Shown here: positions 46,944 to 57,085 of the stretch, piece by piece
Numbering within the stretch: the stretch's first letter is position 1
Layout of the letters: each line of letters starts with the position of its first letter
Assembly: GCA_964607485.1 (NCBI GenBank)
Contig: CAZSKP010000029.1
Coordinates: 1 to 60,673 of the forward strand
Direction: 5' to 3'
Source of the DNA: an uncultured bacterium
GTDB lineage: Bacteria > Abyssobacteria > SURF-5
DNA: 60,673 nt
Position numbers and translations under genes: made by a program
Notes under the pieces: generated by a model
Told to the model about the DNA's origin: nothing
Seen by the model: only the letters and a program-made list of their open reading frames with translations
Database searches by the model: none

Positions 46944-48347
46944 TTGACCTCGACAAGGGATGAGTCCAGCAGCGGTCCGATCTCAGCGGACTGCCTATTT
47001 TTCATTCTCCTCCTCATTCCCCATTTCTTCAGGTTTCCCGAACTCAACAATACGGCGTTTCCTCTCGGAGTATGGCGCTGGCTTGAGCCTCTCGTGCCCC
47101 TGCCGACTCCTTCACTGCCCAATCCGACCACCCTCTTCGTCGCTTCGCTGTTGATGCTCCTCCTGGTCTTCTACCTGTTTACGCATGTGTGGGAGCGGAG
47201 CGCCGAGGGGAATGCCCAAGTCGCGCATCGACTGAAGCTCGCTCTGGTTCTGGGAGCGTTCGCTATTATCATTCTCCTTCCCGCTCTTCACGAGATATCG
47301 CTCCGCCGTGTTCTCGGTCCCGAGACGCATGCCCACGACGGCGTGATACAGGTGGAGGAGGCGATCAAGAAAACGCTTCGAGGACGAAACGTGTATACCG
47401 AAACGTTCTACGGAACTCCCCTGGAGAAGAGCGGCTACGCCAACCCGCGGCTCTGGCAGAGCCTCGGCATCGAGTCTTTCCCGGCGCTGAAATACTTCGG
47501 GTATCTGCCGCTCACCTTCCTCCTTCCGCTGCCATTCTACCTGGTCGCCATGGCGACAATCGGCTGGTTCGACCTGCGGTTTATACTGATTCCCGCCTAT
47601 CTCATTTTCATCTGGCTCGCGTACAGGATAGCGGAGCGCCCCCACCGGAAAATCGTCGCCGTGCAGTTTGTCGCGCTGAACCCCTTCATGGCCACATTCA
47701 TGATAACCGGCCGAAACGACGCCCTCCCTCTCGCAATGCTTGCGGCTGCGCTCTTCTTGCTCGAACGACGGCCCGTGTGGGCTCAGGTCTTCCTTGCCCT
47801 GGCGTGCCTCAGCAAACAGTATGTCTGGCTTATGGTTCCCTTCTTCGGTTTGTTCCTCGTTCGAGACGACGGGCAGAAGAGTTTTGCCAAGAGCGCGACG
47901 GGGGCAATCGCCGGGCTCTGGCTATTCTGGCTGCTTTTCATAGCGGGCATGCTTCCCTATTTTCTCTGGAGTCCCTCGGCGTTTGCAAAGAGCATCCTTC
48001 TTCACAGCAACGCGCATCCGATAAAGGGCATCGGAGCGTACGGGTTCGGAACGTGGGTGCTCTACTTCGGGTGGGTGAAGGACGCCGCCGGCAAATTCCC
48101 CTTCCTTGCCGTCCAGGCGCTGTTTACCCTGCCCGTCCTCCTGTTCTGCTTCGCACGTCAAAGGAAGGAGAACACCGTGCCCCAGGTGATACTGGGCGGC
48201 GGGCTCGTCATTCTTGTCTTTTTCTATTTCTCACGCTTTTTTCACGACAACTATTTCGGCGTGGCGAGCACATTGCTCGCGCTCGCTTATTGCGCGGGAG
48301 ACGTTCGGCAACGAAAATCTCTGGTCAACCGGGAAGATGCCGTGTGA
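46944..48347 (+). CDS. Polytopic GT-C-fold glycosyltransferase-like membrane protein (GT87/DUF2029-like)
   Basis: About 10 TM helices; HDG..Q, GRNVY, YLP, GRND and KQ motifs. Confidence 0.6.
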   Translation: MTSTRDESSSGPISADCLFFILLLIPHFFRFPELNNTAFPLGVWRWLEPLVPLPTPSLPNPTTLFVASLLMLLLVFYLFTHVWERSAEGNAQVAHRLKLALVLGAFAIIILLPALHEISLRRVLGPETHAHDGVIQVEEAIKKTLRGRNVYTETFYGTPLEKSGYANPRLWQSLGIESFPALKYFGYLPLTFLLPLPFYLVAMATIGWFDLRFILIPAYLIFIWLAYRIAERPHRKIVAVQFVALNPFMATFMITGRNDALPLAMLAAALFLLERRPVWAQVFLALACLSKQYVWLMVPFFGLFLVRDDGQKSFAKSATGAIAGLWLFWLLFIAGMLPYFLWSPSAFAKSILLHSNAHPIKGIGAYGFGTWVLYFGWVKDAAGKFPFLAVQALFTLPVLLFCFARQRKENTVPQVILGGGLVILVFFYFSRFFHDNYFGVASTLLALAYCAGDVRQRKSLVNREDAV

Positions 48348-48375
48348 AACGCACACGTCCCGGCTGTCACTCAAT

Positions 48376-49245
48376 ATGAAAGATGTACACGTGCGCATAG
48401 AGGAAACAGGGGAAAGGGCCGAACGCTGTCGAGTCACATTTCTCGGCCACTCCTCGGCGCTTATAACCATGGACGGCGTGAAGATTCTCGCCGACCCGAA
48501 CGTCAACCGCCACATTCTTTTCTTCCTTCGGCGCCGCAGCAAGGTGCCTATGAGGATTCGCGATCTGCCTCACCCCGACCTCATACTCATTTCGCACGGC
48601 CACTACGACCACCTCGACCTGCCAACCCTGAGAAGATTGCCGAGAAAAACGCCCGTCGTCGCACCCCCGGGCCTCAAACCGGTCATCAAGCGCGCCGGCA
48701 AGGACCGCATAATCACCCTCAGTCAATGGCGCTCGCACCACCTTGGAAGCGTGACCGTCACCGCGGTGCCTGCAAGACATTTTTCCGGCCGGCCGCCGTT
48801 CTTCCTCCGCACGGGATACCATGGGTATGTCATTCACGGGGAGGCAACAGTCTATTTCGCGGGCGACTCGGGCCTCTTCGAAGGGATGAGGGAAATCGGT
48901 GAAAGGTGGAACATAGACATCGCGCTCTTGCCCATCGGTGCGTATCAGCCGCCGCCGTTTCGCAGGCACCACATGTCGCCCGAAGACGCAATCGAGGCGG
49001 CCCGCAGGCTGAGGGCACGGGCAGTCGTTCCAATCCACTGGGGCGCCTTCAAACTCTCCCTCGAGCCCTTCGATGAACCCGTTCGGCGTCTGGAACGGGC
49101 GGCCAGGGAGGCGAACTTTTCCTCGAAGATACATGTCCTCTCGCCCGGCCAATCGATCTTCGTCGACGGCGCAGGCTCCATCGAAAAAGTCCAGGACGAA
49201 ACGAACGATGCCACAACTCCGTTGCTCCGAAGGGAAGGTTTCTGA
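48376..49245 (+). CDS. Metallo-beta-lactamase-fold hydrolase (NAPE-PLD/RomA-like)
   Basis: FLGHS, SHGHYDHLD, PARHFSGR, YFAGDSG, LPIGAY, PIHWGAF; start uncertain. Confidence 0.9.
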   Translation: MKDVHVRIEETGERAERCRVTFLGHSSALITMDGVKILADPNVNRHILFFLRRRSKVPMRIRDLPHPDLILISHGHYDHLDLPTLRRLPRKTPVVAPPGLKPVIKRAGKDRIITLSQWRSHHLGSVTVTAVPARHFSGRPPFFLRTGYHGYVIHGEATVYFAGDSGLFEGMREIGERWNIDIALLPIGAYQPPPFRRHHMSPEDAIEAARRLRARAVVPIHWGAFKLSLEPFDEPVRRLERAAREANFSSKIHVLSPGQSIFVDGAGSIEKVQDETNDATTPLLRREGF

Positions 49246-49303
49246 TACAATGTGTCACGCCGATAGTACGAGACCGGGCGAGATGCCCTCATACTGAACG
49301 GAA

Positions 49304-49918
49304 ATGAAAAGCCAGAGAAAGAATCGAGGAACGGCCGCCGACCTGAAGCTGGTCGAGCAGAGAATAGGAGAGAGCATCCGGGTGAAACAGCGTTTTCCCG
49401 GAGAGTTGATGAGCGACATCGCGCTGGCCGCTCGGAGGATAGTCGATTCGTACCGAAAGGGAGGCAGGCTGATTCTGTTCGGCAACGGCGGCAGCGCCGC
49501 GGATGCTCAGCACATCGCGTGCGAACTGGTGGGAAGATTCCTCAAGGAACGGCGTCCGCTCGAAGCAGTCGCCCTTGCATCCAATCCTTCCATACTCACC
49601 TGCCTCGGCAACGACTACGGCTACGACCGCGTCTTCGAGCGGCAGGTCGAGGCCGCCGCAAGGCCGGGCGACGTGGCAGTGGGAATAAGCACCAGCGGCG
49701 ATTCTCCCAACATCGTCCGGGCCATCAAACGTGCGAAGAAAATCGGTTGCACGACCATCGGCATGACCGGCCAGGGTGGCGGGAAACTCAAGGCGGCGGC
49801 CGACATACTCCTCAATGTCCCTTCGAGGGAGACGCCCCGCATCCAGGAGTCCCACATCCTCATCGGCCACATCATCTGCGAACTCGTCGAGCGCTCCATC
49901 CAAAAGAAACGGACATAG
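49304..49918 (+). CDS. gmhA: Phosphoheptose isomerase
   Basis: GNGGSAADAQH, NDYGY, ISTSGDS, PRIQESHILIGH. Confidence 0.96.
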   Translation: MKSQRKNRGTAADLKLVEQRIGESIRVKQRFPGELMSDIALAARRIVDSYRKGGRLILFGNGGSAADAQHIACELVGRFLKERRPLEAVALASNPSILTCLGNDYGYDRVFERQVEAAARPGDVAVGISTSGDSPNIVRAIKRAKKIGCTTIGMTGQGGGKLKAAADILLNVPSRETPRIQESHILIGHIICELVERSIQKKRT

Positions 49919-49937
49919 CGGGAACCGTTCGTCCGGC

Positions 49938-51326
49938 TTATCTGTTCCTCCTCCACTCGTAGTACTCGACCACTTTCGAGTACGAAGCGAGGGCTCGCTC
50001 CGGCGAGGTGAAGAGCGGGTAGCCGGCATCCTGCAGCTTCCTGCAGAACTCGACGTCACCCGTCAAGCCCGCTATGCTGACCAGCATGCAGGGCTTCCTC
50101 AGGTCCTCCTTCAGGCCGAGCATGAGTTCCAAATATTTCTGCTGGCCGGCGGCAGAGATTCCCCCGCCGATGACGACTGCCGCGTCGATATTCGGATCTT
50201 TGTCGATCACCCTCAACGATTCGGGATACAGAGACGGCATCCCCCACGTTGCGACGCCGAGGTCGATGGGATTCCTCAGGCTCGAGCCATATGGGGGAAC
50301 GATCCTGCGGAGCTCGTCGAGGCAGGCTTCGCTCAATTTCGGCACGCAGAGCCCATGGAGCTCGACCGCGTCGGTCGCGCCCACCGCCGGTCCGCCCGGC
50401 CCCGACACTATCGCCACACGCCTGCCGGCGGCCTCGGGCATGTAATAAAAGGCCGTCGCGATGTCGAGCATCTCCTCCATGTCGCGCGCGCGGACGACGC
50501 CCGCCTGCCTCAGCGCCGAGTCCCAGACGGCGTCGGCTCCAGCGAGCGAGCCCGTGTGCGACGCCACCGCGCGGGCGCCAGCGGCGGTGGAGCCGGCCTT
50601 CCAGACGACGACGGGTTTGTTAAGACTCGCCTTCCGGAGCGCGCGCAAAAGCCCCCGGCCGTCACGCGCGCCTTCGAGGTAGGCCATGATGACAGATGTC
50701 TTCTCATCCTCGCCGAGGTAATCTATGAAGTCGCCGCTCGAGAGGTCGCATTCGTTGCCGATGCTTATCACCTTGCTGAAGCTCATTCCCCTGAACGCGC
50801 CCATGAGGCTCCCGAAACTTGCAAGAGAACCGCTCTGCGAGACGAACGCCAGTCCGCCGACGGTCGAAGGCATCGAGGGGAAGAACGCCAGCCCAGACTC
50901 GGGACAATACACGCCCATGCAGTTCGGGCCCACCAGCCGGACGTTGCCCGAGCGCGCAGCCGCGACCATTGCGCGCTCGCGTTCCATACCGCCGACGTCG
51001 CCGGCCTCGCCGAAGCCCGACGTGAAGACCACCGCCACCTTCACACGCTTTCGTGCGCAGTCTTCAATAACCTCCTGCGCCTGTTCCACTCCGACCAGCA
51101 CGATTGCGAGGTCGACATCCACGGGGACCTCGCTGACGGTTGGGTACGTCTTCAGCCCGAGTATCTCGTCGGCTTTCGGGTTGATGGGAAACACATCGCC
51201 CTTGAACCCCGGGTCGAGCAGCGCCTGCAGAAAAACCAACCCCGGCTTGAAGCTTCGGGGAGCGCCCACCACCGCGACGTTGCGTGGAGAAAATACCGCC
51301 TGCATCTGTTCGGGTGTGTAACTCAT
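49938..51326 (-). CDS. ADP-forming acyl-CoA synthetase alpha-type (CoA-binding) subunit
   Basis: FSPRNVAVVGA, VGPNCMG, SQSG, SIGNECD, ASHTGSLAG phospho-His, NPIDL; no ATP-grasp domain in this ORF. Confidence 0.88.
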   Translation of the reverse strand: MSYTPEQMQAVFSPRNVAVVGAPRSFKPGLVFLQALLDPGFKGDVFPINPKADEILGLKTYPTVSEVPVDVDLAIVLVGVEQAQEVIEDCARKRVKVAVVFTSGFGEAGDVGGMERERAMVAAARSGNVRLVGPNCMGVYCPESGLAFFPSMPSTVGGLAFVSQSGSLASFGSLMGAFRGMSFSKVISIGNECDLSSGDFIDYLGEDEKTSVIMAYLEGARDGRGLLRALRKASLNKPVVVWKAGSTAAGARAVASHTGSLAGADAVWDSALRQAGVVRARDMEEMLDIATAFYYMPEAAGRRVAIVSGPGGPAVGATDAVELHGLCVPKLSEACLDELRRIVPPYGSSLRNPIDLGVATWGMPSLYPESLRVIDKDPNIDAAVVIGGGISAAGQQKYLELMLGLKEDLRKPCMLVSIAGLTGDVEFCRKLQDAGYPLFTSPERALASYSKVVEYYEWRRNR

Positions 51327-51597
51327 TCTGATTCTCGTTGGTTGCGTATTGTGGATTGTGCGGACGGGGCTAAAATCGAATGGGGCGTATTCCGTCCGCC
51401 GCAAACGCATGGCATCCTATCACATCTTGAGAAGAAATTTCAACGCCGCAAACGCCGCGCGACCCGCTGAGACAAGCAAGATCCGCGCCTTCATGTGCGG
51501 CCGGAAAGACCCCAACCGGACCGCCGGGCCGCTTGCAATGGCCGCGTGCGGTGTGTTAGAATCAGCGCGCACTTTCCCTTCTTGAGGAGTCTTCTGA

Positions 51598-52521
51598 ATG
51601 AACGACGAGGATCGTTACGAGCGAGGACCAGTTGTCGAACCGCGGGATATTGTCCCCGACGGAGGATTTAGGCCGGTCGCACCCCACGCACGGCCCCGTC
51701 GAAAAGTCGCAATCAACATCGTCCTTTTCTTCGCGACCGTGCTGACGACTCTTTTCGCGGGCGCTCTACTTGCCGAGGTCAACCCTTTCTCACATCCGGA
51801 ACTCATATACAAGGGATTCCCCTTTTCAATTACGATAATGAGCATATTGCTCTCGCATGAGCTTGGTCATTATCTGATGTCGCTCCGTCACAAGGTCGAT
51901 GCGACGCTTCCGTACTTCATTCCCGCGCCGACTTTCATCGGGACGTTCGGCGCCGTCATCAAGGTGAACTCCAACGTGCCCGACCGGCGCGCGCTTCTCG
52001 ACATCGGGGCGACAGGCCCGATCGTCGGGTTCGTGGTATCCATCCCCGCACTCATCATCGGGCTCAGGCTCTCACATACAGTGGTGGACACGTCAGGCGG
52101 CATCACTTTTGGCTCGTCGCTGCTGCTGGAAATAATAGCGGAACGGCTCTTCCCGTCAATTCCCCAGGGTTACGCCATCGACCTGCATCCCGTGGCCCTC
52201 GCCGGCTGGATCGGGCTGCTTGTCACGATGATGAACCTGCTGCCCTTGGGGATGATGGACGGCGGCCACATAGCGTATGCCCTTTTCGGAAGATGGCACC
52301 GTCACATCTCGCGCGCTATGGTCGTCATCCTGTTGCTCATGGGCATTTACGGCTGGGCCGGCTGGGCCGTGTGGGGGATGCTAAACCTCTTCTTCGGCCT
52401 GAGGCATCCGCCGCCGACAAACCCCGACGTGCCCCTGGACGGAAAGAGAAAACTCGTCGGCGCGCTCACTGTGGTCATCCTCGTTCTGACCTTCGTGCCG
52501 ACGCCGTTTTCCGTGCAGTGA
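51598..52521 (+). CDS. Site-2 protease (M50) family membrane zinc metalloprotease
   Basis: HELGH, PYFIP, GTFGA, NLLPLGMMDGGH. Confidence 0.93.
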   Translation: MNDEDRYERGPVVEPRDIVPDGGFRPVAPHARPRRKVAINIVLFFATVLTTLFAGALLAEVNPFSHPELIYKGFPFSITIMSILLSHELGHYLMSLRHKVDATLPYFIPAPTFIGTFGAVIKVNSNVPDRRALLDIGATGPIVGFVVSIPALIIGLRLSHTVVDTSGGITFGSSLLLEIIAERLFPSIPQGYAIDLHPVALAGWIGLLVTMMNLLPLGMMDGGHIAYALFGRWHRHISRAMVVILLLMGIYGWAGWAVWGMLNLFFGLRHPPPTNPDVPLDGKRKLVGALTVVILVLTFVPTPFSVQ

Positions 52522-52569
52522 GCGGCTCCTCGGAACGGGAACCGCGGAATTTTCCTAACAGAATCTTCT

Positions 52570-53709
52570 ATGAAGCGACCGATTGACATACCACCTTTCC
52601 TCGTGATGGAGGTTCTCGAACGCGCGCAGGAGCTCGAACGGCAGGGGCGCGACGTGGTTCATCTTGAGGTCGGCGAGCCCGATTTCCCGACGCCCGATTG
52701 TATCAAGGAGGCGGCCCTGCGCGCGCTCCGCGACGGCCGGACGCAGTATTCGGCGAGCGTGGGAATACTCCCGCTCCGGGAGGCGGTGTGCGAGTATTTT
52801 TTCTCGCGGTACGGCGTCGAGCTCACTCCCGACCGAGTCGTCGTCACGTCGGGAACCTCGCCCGGAATACTGCTCGCATTGTCTTCAATCCTCGAGGAGG
52901 GCGACGAGGTAATTCTCTCTAACCCTCACTATGCATGCTATCCGCAATTCATTAACTACGTCGGAGGGACGCCCGCCTTCGTTGACGTTCGAGAGGAAAC
53001 GGGATTTGAGCTCGAACCCGACCGTGTGCGCGAGAGGATCGGGCCGCGCACGAAGGCCATCCTCATCAACTCGCCCGCCAACCCCACCGGCCACGTGATG
53101 AACGGCACCGTTATCGAACAGATCGCCTCGACGGGCCCGATTGTCATTTCCGACGAAATCTATCACGGGCTTGTCTATGAGGGGAGGGAACACTCGGCGC
53201 TGGAATACACGGACAATGCGTTCGTGCTGAATGGATTCTCGAAGCTGTATTCGATGACCGGCTGGCGGCTGGGCTACATCGTCACACCGCCCAGGTATCA
53301 GCGGCTGATTCAGAAAATGCAGCAGAACTTCTTCATCGCGGCCAACACGTTTGTGCAGTGGGCCGGCATAGCCGCGCTCAAAGAGGCGCAGCCCGATGTG
53401 GACAGGATGGTCGCATGCTTTAACGAGCGCCGAAAGCTGATCCTGCGCCGCATCGAAGAGATCGGATTCGGCGTGGCGAAGAAGCCGACCGGAGCCTTCT
53501 ATGTGCTAGCAAACGCGAGGCGATTCACCGACAACTCGCTCAAGTTTGCGTTCGAAGTGCTCGAAAATGCGAGCGTTGGCATAACGCCGGGCGTGGATTT
53601 CGGCTCCAACGCCGAAGGCTTCGTCAGATTCTCATACGCAAACTCGCTGGAAAAGATCGAAGAGGGGATGCGGCGACTGGAGAGTTACCTCGCATCGCGC
53701 AGGAATTGA
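52570..53709 (+). CDS. PLP-dependent aminotransferase class I/II
   Basis: GEPDF, NSPANPTG, SDEIY, FSKLYSMTGWRLGY, GAFY. Confidence 0.95.
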   Translation: MKRPIDIPPFLVMEVLERAQELERQGRDVVHLEVGEPDFPTPDCIKEAALRALRDGRTQYSASVGILPLREAVCEYFFSRYGVELTPDRVVVTSGTSPGILLALSSILEEGDEVILSNPHYACYPQFINYVGGTPAFVDVREETGFELEPDRVRERIGPRTKAILINSPANPTGHVMNGTVIEQIASTGPIVISDEIYHGLVYEGREHSALEYTDNAFVLNGFSKLYSMTGWRLGYIVTPPRYQRLIQKMQQNFFIAANTFVQWAGIAALKEAQPDVDRMVACFNERRKLILRRIEEIGFGVAKKPTGAFYVLANARRFTDNSLKFAFEVLENASVGITPGVDFGSNAEGFVRFSYANSLEKIEEGMRRLESYLASRRN

Positions 53710-53836
53710 CGCATCTGATTCGAGATGGGGGGAAGAACATCCCTGCATTTTGGCGTGCAAGCGACCCGGTTCGGCCGGTTGAACAGCGGGACAATCATGC
53801 CGCTGACAACAGCGTACCGCATGAGGGAGCACAGAA

Positions 53837-54808
53837 ATGATTTCAGTTGTTTCTCCATGCTTCAATGAAGGAGAGATTCTCTCCGAGCTTCATGCCAGGC
53901 TCACGGCTGCCGCAGAGAACTGGAGCGAGCCCTTCGAAATCCTCCTCGTGGATGACGGCTCCAATGAAGAGACATGGAGGCTTGCATGCGAGATTCACGG
54001 ACGAGACCCGCGTTGGAAACTGATTCGGCTCGCCCGGAACTTCGGGCAGCAGACCGCCATCTCGGCGGGCATCCATTACGCGCGAGGCGATTGCGTCATC
54101 ATCATTGATTCAGACCTGCAAGATCCTCCCGAGGAGCTTCATCGTTTCATTGCAAAATGGAGAGAGGGATACCAGGTCGTCTATGGCATCCGGACCAAAC
54201 GCAAGGAAAATGTCTTAAGAAAGCTATGCTACACGATGTTTTATCGCATCCTGGGAAAGCTCGCGGATATTGACATCCCGAAAGATTCCGGCGATTTCTG
54301 CCTATTGGACAGAACGATCGTGGACATTTTGAAAGCCATGCCCGAACGCAACCGCTTTATCAGAGGATTAAGGTCGTGGGTTGGCTTTCGGCAGATAGGA
54401 ATAGAATACGAGCGTGACGCCAGGGCCGCCGGTGAGGCCAAATATACGTTTCCGAAGCTCGTCAGGCTTGCGCTCGACGGCATCTTCTCATTCTCCACCC
54501 TTCCTCTAAAGGTGGCGACGTACCTCGGTTTTCTCGTCTCGCTCGCGGCTCTGTTTGGATTGGTTTTCGTGCTGCTCCGGCGTGTTTTCTCCGGCTGGTT
54601 CGTGCACGCGGGCTCGATGTCTGCTTCGGGAGCAGCCGCCATCATTATCTCTATCCTGTTCTTGGGAGGCGTGCAGCTCATTTGTCTTGGGATTCTGGGG
54701 GAATATCTGGGCAGAATATACGACGAGGTCAAGGGACGCCCACTTTGGACCGTCCGAGAGACGCTCGGAATCGAAGAGCGGTCGAATAGACCGCAAGGTG
54801 ACGCCTAG
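53837..54808 (+). CDS. GtrB/ArnC-like polyprenol-phosphate glycosyltransferase (GT2)
   Basis: ISVVSPCFNE, VDDGS, RNFGQQ, DSDLQDPP, GDF; two C-terminal TM helices; GEYLGRIY. Confidence 0.92.
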   Translation: MISVVSPCFNEGEILSELHARLTAAAENWSEPFEILLVDDGSNEETWRLACEIHGRDPRWKLIRLARNFGQQTAISAGIHYARGDCVIIIDSDLQDPPEELHRFIAKWREGYQVVYGIRTKRKENVLRKLCYTMFYRILGKLADIDIPKDSGDFCLLDRTIVDILKAMPERNRFIRGLRSWVGFRQIGIEYERDARAAGEAKYTFPKLVRLALDGIFSFSTLPLKVATYLGFLVSLAALFGLVFVLLRRVFSGWFVHAGSMSASGAAAIIISILFLGGVQLICLGILGEYLGRIYDEVKGRPLWTVRETLGIEERSNRPQGDA

Positions 54809-54813
54809 TTGCG

Positions 54814-56370
54814 GTGAATCTCCGGAAGGACACAAAACAGGCCGGAATGAAGAATCCCATCTTGAATAGAACGGCAGAAGCACTGAGGGGTGTGCTTGTC
54901 GCTGTTGGAATCATCTATCTCGTCACCTATCTGGTCGTCGTCTGGTTCCGCATTCGGTATCCGTTTGCGCTGGAATGGCTCGAGGGAAGCCTGGTAATTG
55001 ATGTCGAGAGGATACTCTCCGGCCAAAAGCTGTATGTCCCACCTTCGCTTGATTTCATTCACTTTTTCTACACTCCTCTTTATTTTTACGTCTCCGCCGC
55101 TGTCGCATACTTCACCGGTGTGGGATTCCTTCCTCTCCGGCTCGTCGCGTTTGTTTCGTCGCTCGGGTGTTTTCTCTTCATATTTCTTTCGGTCAGACGG
55201 GAAACCGGAAGCGCTTTCGCAGCTTTTCTCGCCACCGGCCTATTCGCAGCCACCTATCGAATAAGCGGAGACTGGCTCGACATCGCGAGGGTGGACTCGT
55301 TATTCCTCTTCTTTCTACTGGCAGGATTCTATGCGGTGAAGTTCGGGAAATCCGCCATATCGTGCATTCTTGCCGGCACGCTCTTCTCGCTTTCCTTCCT
55401 GACCAAGCAGACCGCCTTGGCGATTGCCATACCCGTAATGCTGTACTACATTGTGGTGAACCGCCGTAATTTCGTCCTCTTTGTGGTCACTATGGCCGTG
55501 ATAGTTGGCGGGAGCACGCTCGTTCTGAATCGCATTCACGCCGGATGGTACACATATTACGTCTTCGGGGTTCCGTCGGGTCATCCGCTCATAGGCAGAA
55601 TGCTCATCGAATTCTGGACCGCGGATATCCTGGCCCCGCTCTCCATCGCGTGCAGCCTCTCGGTGCTGTATTTTGTCAGCCGGCTTTCGGATTCGCGGAA
55701 AGAAGACTGCTTTTTCTATCTGCTGATGGCAGGGGGCATGGTGGGAGCGGCGTGGATGTCCCGAATACATGAGGGCGGATTCGACAACGTCCTGCTGACC
55801 GCATATGCCGCCATATCAATCCTGTTCGGACTGGGATTGCACTGCGTTCTCGAGGCTCTCCAATCTGGGAAGACGGAAAAAGGCAGGTATTTTGAGGTGG
55901 GCGCCTATCTCGTCTGCCTCCTGCAATTTATCCTGCTTGTCTACAATCCTCTGCTCCTCATCCCCACCGAGGAGGACGTCGAGGCGGGATGGAAGCTGGT
56001 CGAGCGGATAAAGCAGGTCGAGGGCGATGTCTTTGTCCCGTACCATCCGTATTTGCCCGTCCTTGCCGGCAAGAGAACGTTTGCCCACGGCGAAGCGCTG
56101 TACAGCATCATGAGCAGTGACAGGGAAAAGGGCAGGGCGAAGCTGGATAGCGAGATAAACCGGGCTGTACGAGAAAAGAGATTCAGCGCCGTCATTCTCG
56201 ATATGCATCGGTCGCGGAAAATCTGGAACCGCGGAGTAGGCCCGGCGAATTTCCGGGGATATTGTTTCGACGAGCGGCCAATTTTCAATGATGCCGACGT
56301 GTTTTGGCCGATTACCGGCGTCAAGGTGAGGCCGGAAATCTTCATGCGATTGTGTCCGCCAGGGAGATGA
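54814..56370 (+). CDS. ArnT/PMT-like GT-C membrane glycosyltransferase
   Basis: LEWLEG, YTPLY, ARVD and TKQ motifs; many TM helices; follows the GtrB-like gene; start uncertain. Confidence 0.7.
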   Translation: MNLRKDTKQAGMKNPILNRTAEALRGVLVAVGIIYLVTYLVVVWFRIRYPFALEWLEGSLVIDVERILSGQKLYVPPSLDFIHFFYTPLYFYVSAAVAYFTGVGFLPLRLVAFVSSLGCFLFIFLSVRRETGSAFAAFLATGLFAATYRISGDWLDIARVDSLFLFFLLAGFYAVKFGKSAISCILAGTLFSLSFLTKQTALAIAIPVMLYYIVVNRRNFVLFVVTMAVIVGGSTLVLNRIHAGWYTYYVFGVPSGHPLIGRMLIEFWTADILAPLSIACSLSVLYFVSRLSDSRKEDCFFYLLMAGGMVGAAWMSRIHEGGFDNVLLTAYAAISILFGLGLHCVLEALQSGKTEKGRYFEVGAYLVCLLQFILLVYNPLLLIPTEEDVEAGWKLVERIKQVEGDVFVPYHPYLPVLAGKRTFAHGEALYSIMSSDREKGRAKLDSEINRAVREKRFSAVILDMHRSRKIWNRGVGPANFRGYCFDERPIFNDADVFWPITGVKVRPEIFMRLCPPGR

Positions 56371-56510
56371 CCCCTTTGGAGCAGTCCGGGCCGAGCGCTC
56401 AAATGACCGCCTGGAACCGACGAAAGCCCCCTCAGAATCGGCAATTCTCATCGTGCGACCTCGCCCTTCCCGTATGCCGAAGTGTTGAGCCTGGCATGTA
56501 AGCGCTCCGA

Positions 56511-56540
56511 TTTACATTTTCCCCGATTACATGGTATAAT
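56511..56540 (+). promoter_or_regulatory. sigma70-type promoter for the kor operon
   Basis: TTTACA-N18-TATAAT with TG extension. Confidence 0.55.
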
Positions 56541-56660
56541 GCTGCAATTCTTAGGACCTCGGTTTCTTGCCCTGCAGTAAATGCTCCGGGTAGCATTCGG
56601 GGTTTTGCCCTTCAGACAGCAATGAACCCAAGGAAATAGTGCGTCGCAGAGGGAATTAAT

Positions 56661-56927
56661 ATGAAATACTGGAGAACTCCGCTGGACTTGCACGCCATCC
56701 AGGCGAGCAGGGGTAGGGTGATTGTTATTGAAGATCGCTGCAAGGGCTGCGAGTTCTGCGTCGTGTACTGCCCGCGCGATGTGTTGCGCATGTCCAAATC
56801 GTTCAACGTGAAAGGATATCATCCCCCGGAAGTGGTGGACGAGTCGCAGTGCGTGAATTGCCATTTCTGCGAGGTTATCTGTCCGGATTTTGCGATCTTT
56901 TCCGTCGAGGCTCCCGCGGAGGCATAA
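56661..56927 (+). CDS. korD: 2-oxoacid:ferredoxin oxidoreductase delta subunit (2x[4Fe-4S])
   Basis: CKGCEFCVVYCP and CVNCHFCEVICPDFAI. Confidence 0.88.
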   Translation: MKYWRTPLDLHAIQASRGRVIVIEDRCKGCEFCVVYCPRDVLRMSKSFNVKGYHPPEVVDESQCVNCHFCEVICPDFAIFSVEAPAEA

Positions 56928-57085
56928 ACGCCCGTCATCGCTACCGGTTTGTAACTGTTATGACACTTTCCTTACGTGTTTTCTTAATTGTTAACAGCGA
57001 GCATGGACAGCCCGGCCGGACCCGGCGTATGAGATAACGGGTCGGACCATGAAACTGTCGCACACTCAGATATAGGGAGGCCGAG

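Noticed and set aside
56949-56968. Rex-like operator between korD and korA
   Set aside because: Too many mismatches to TTGTGAA-N4-TTCACAA.
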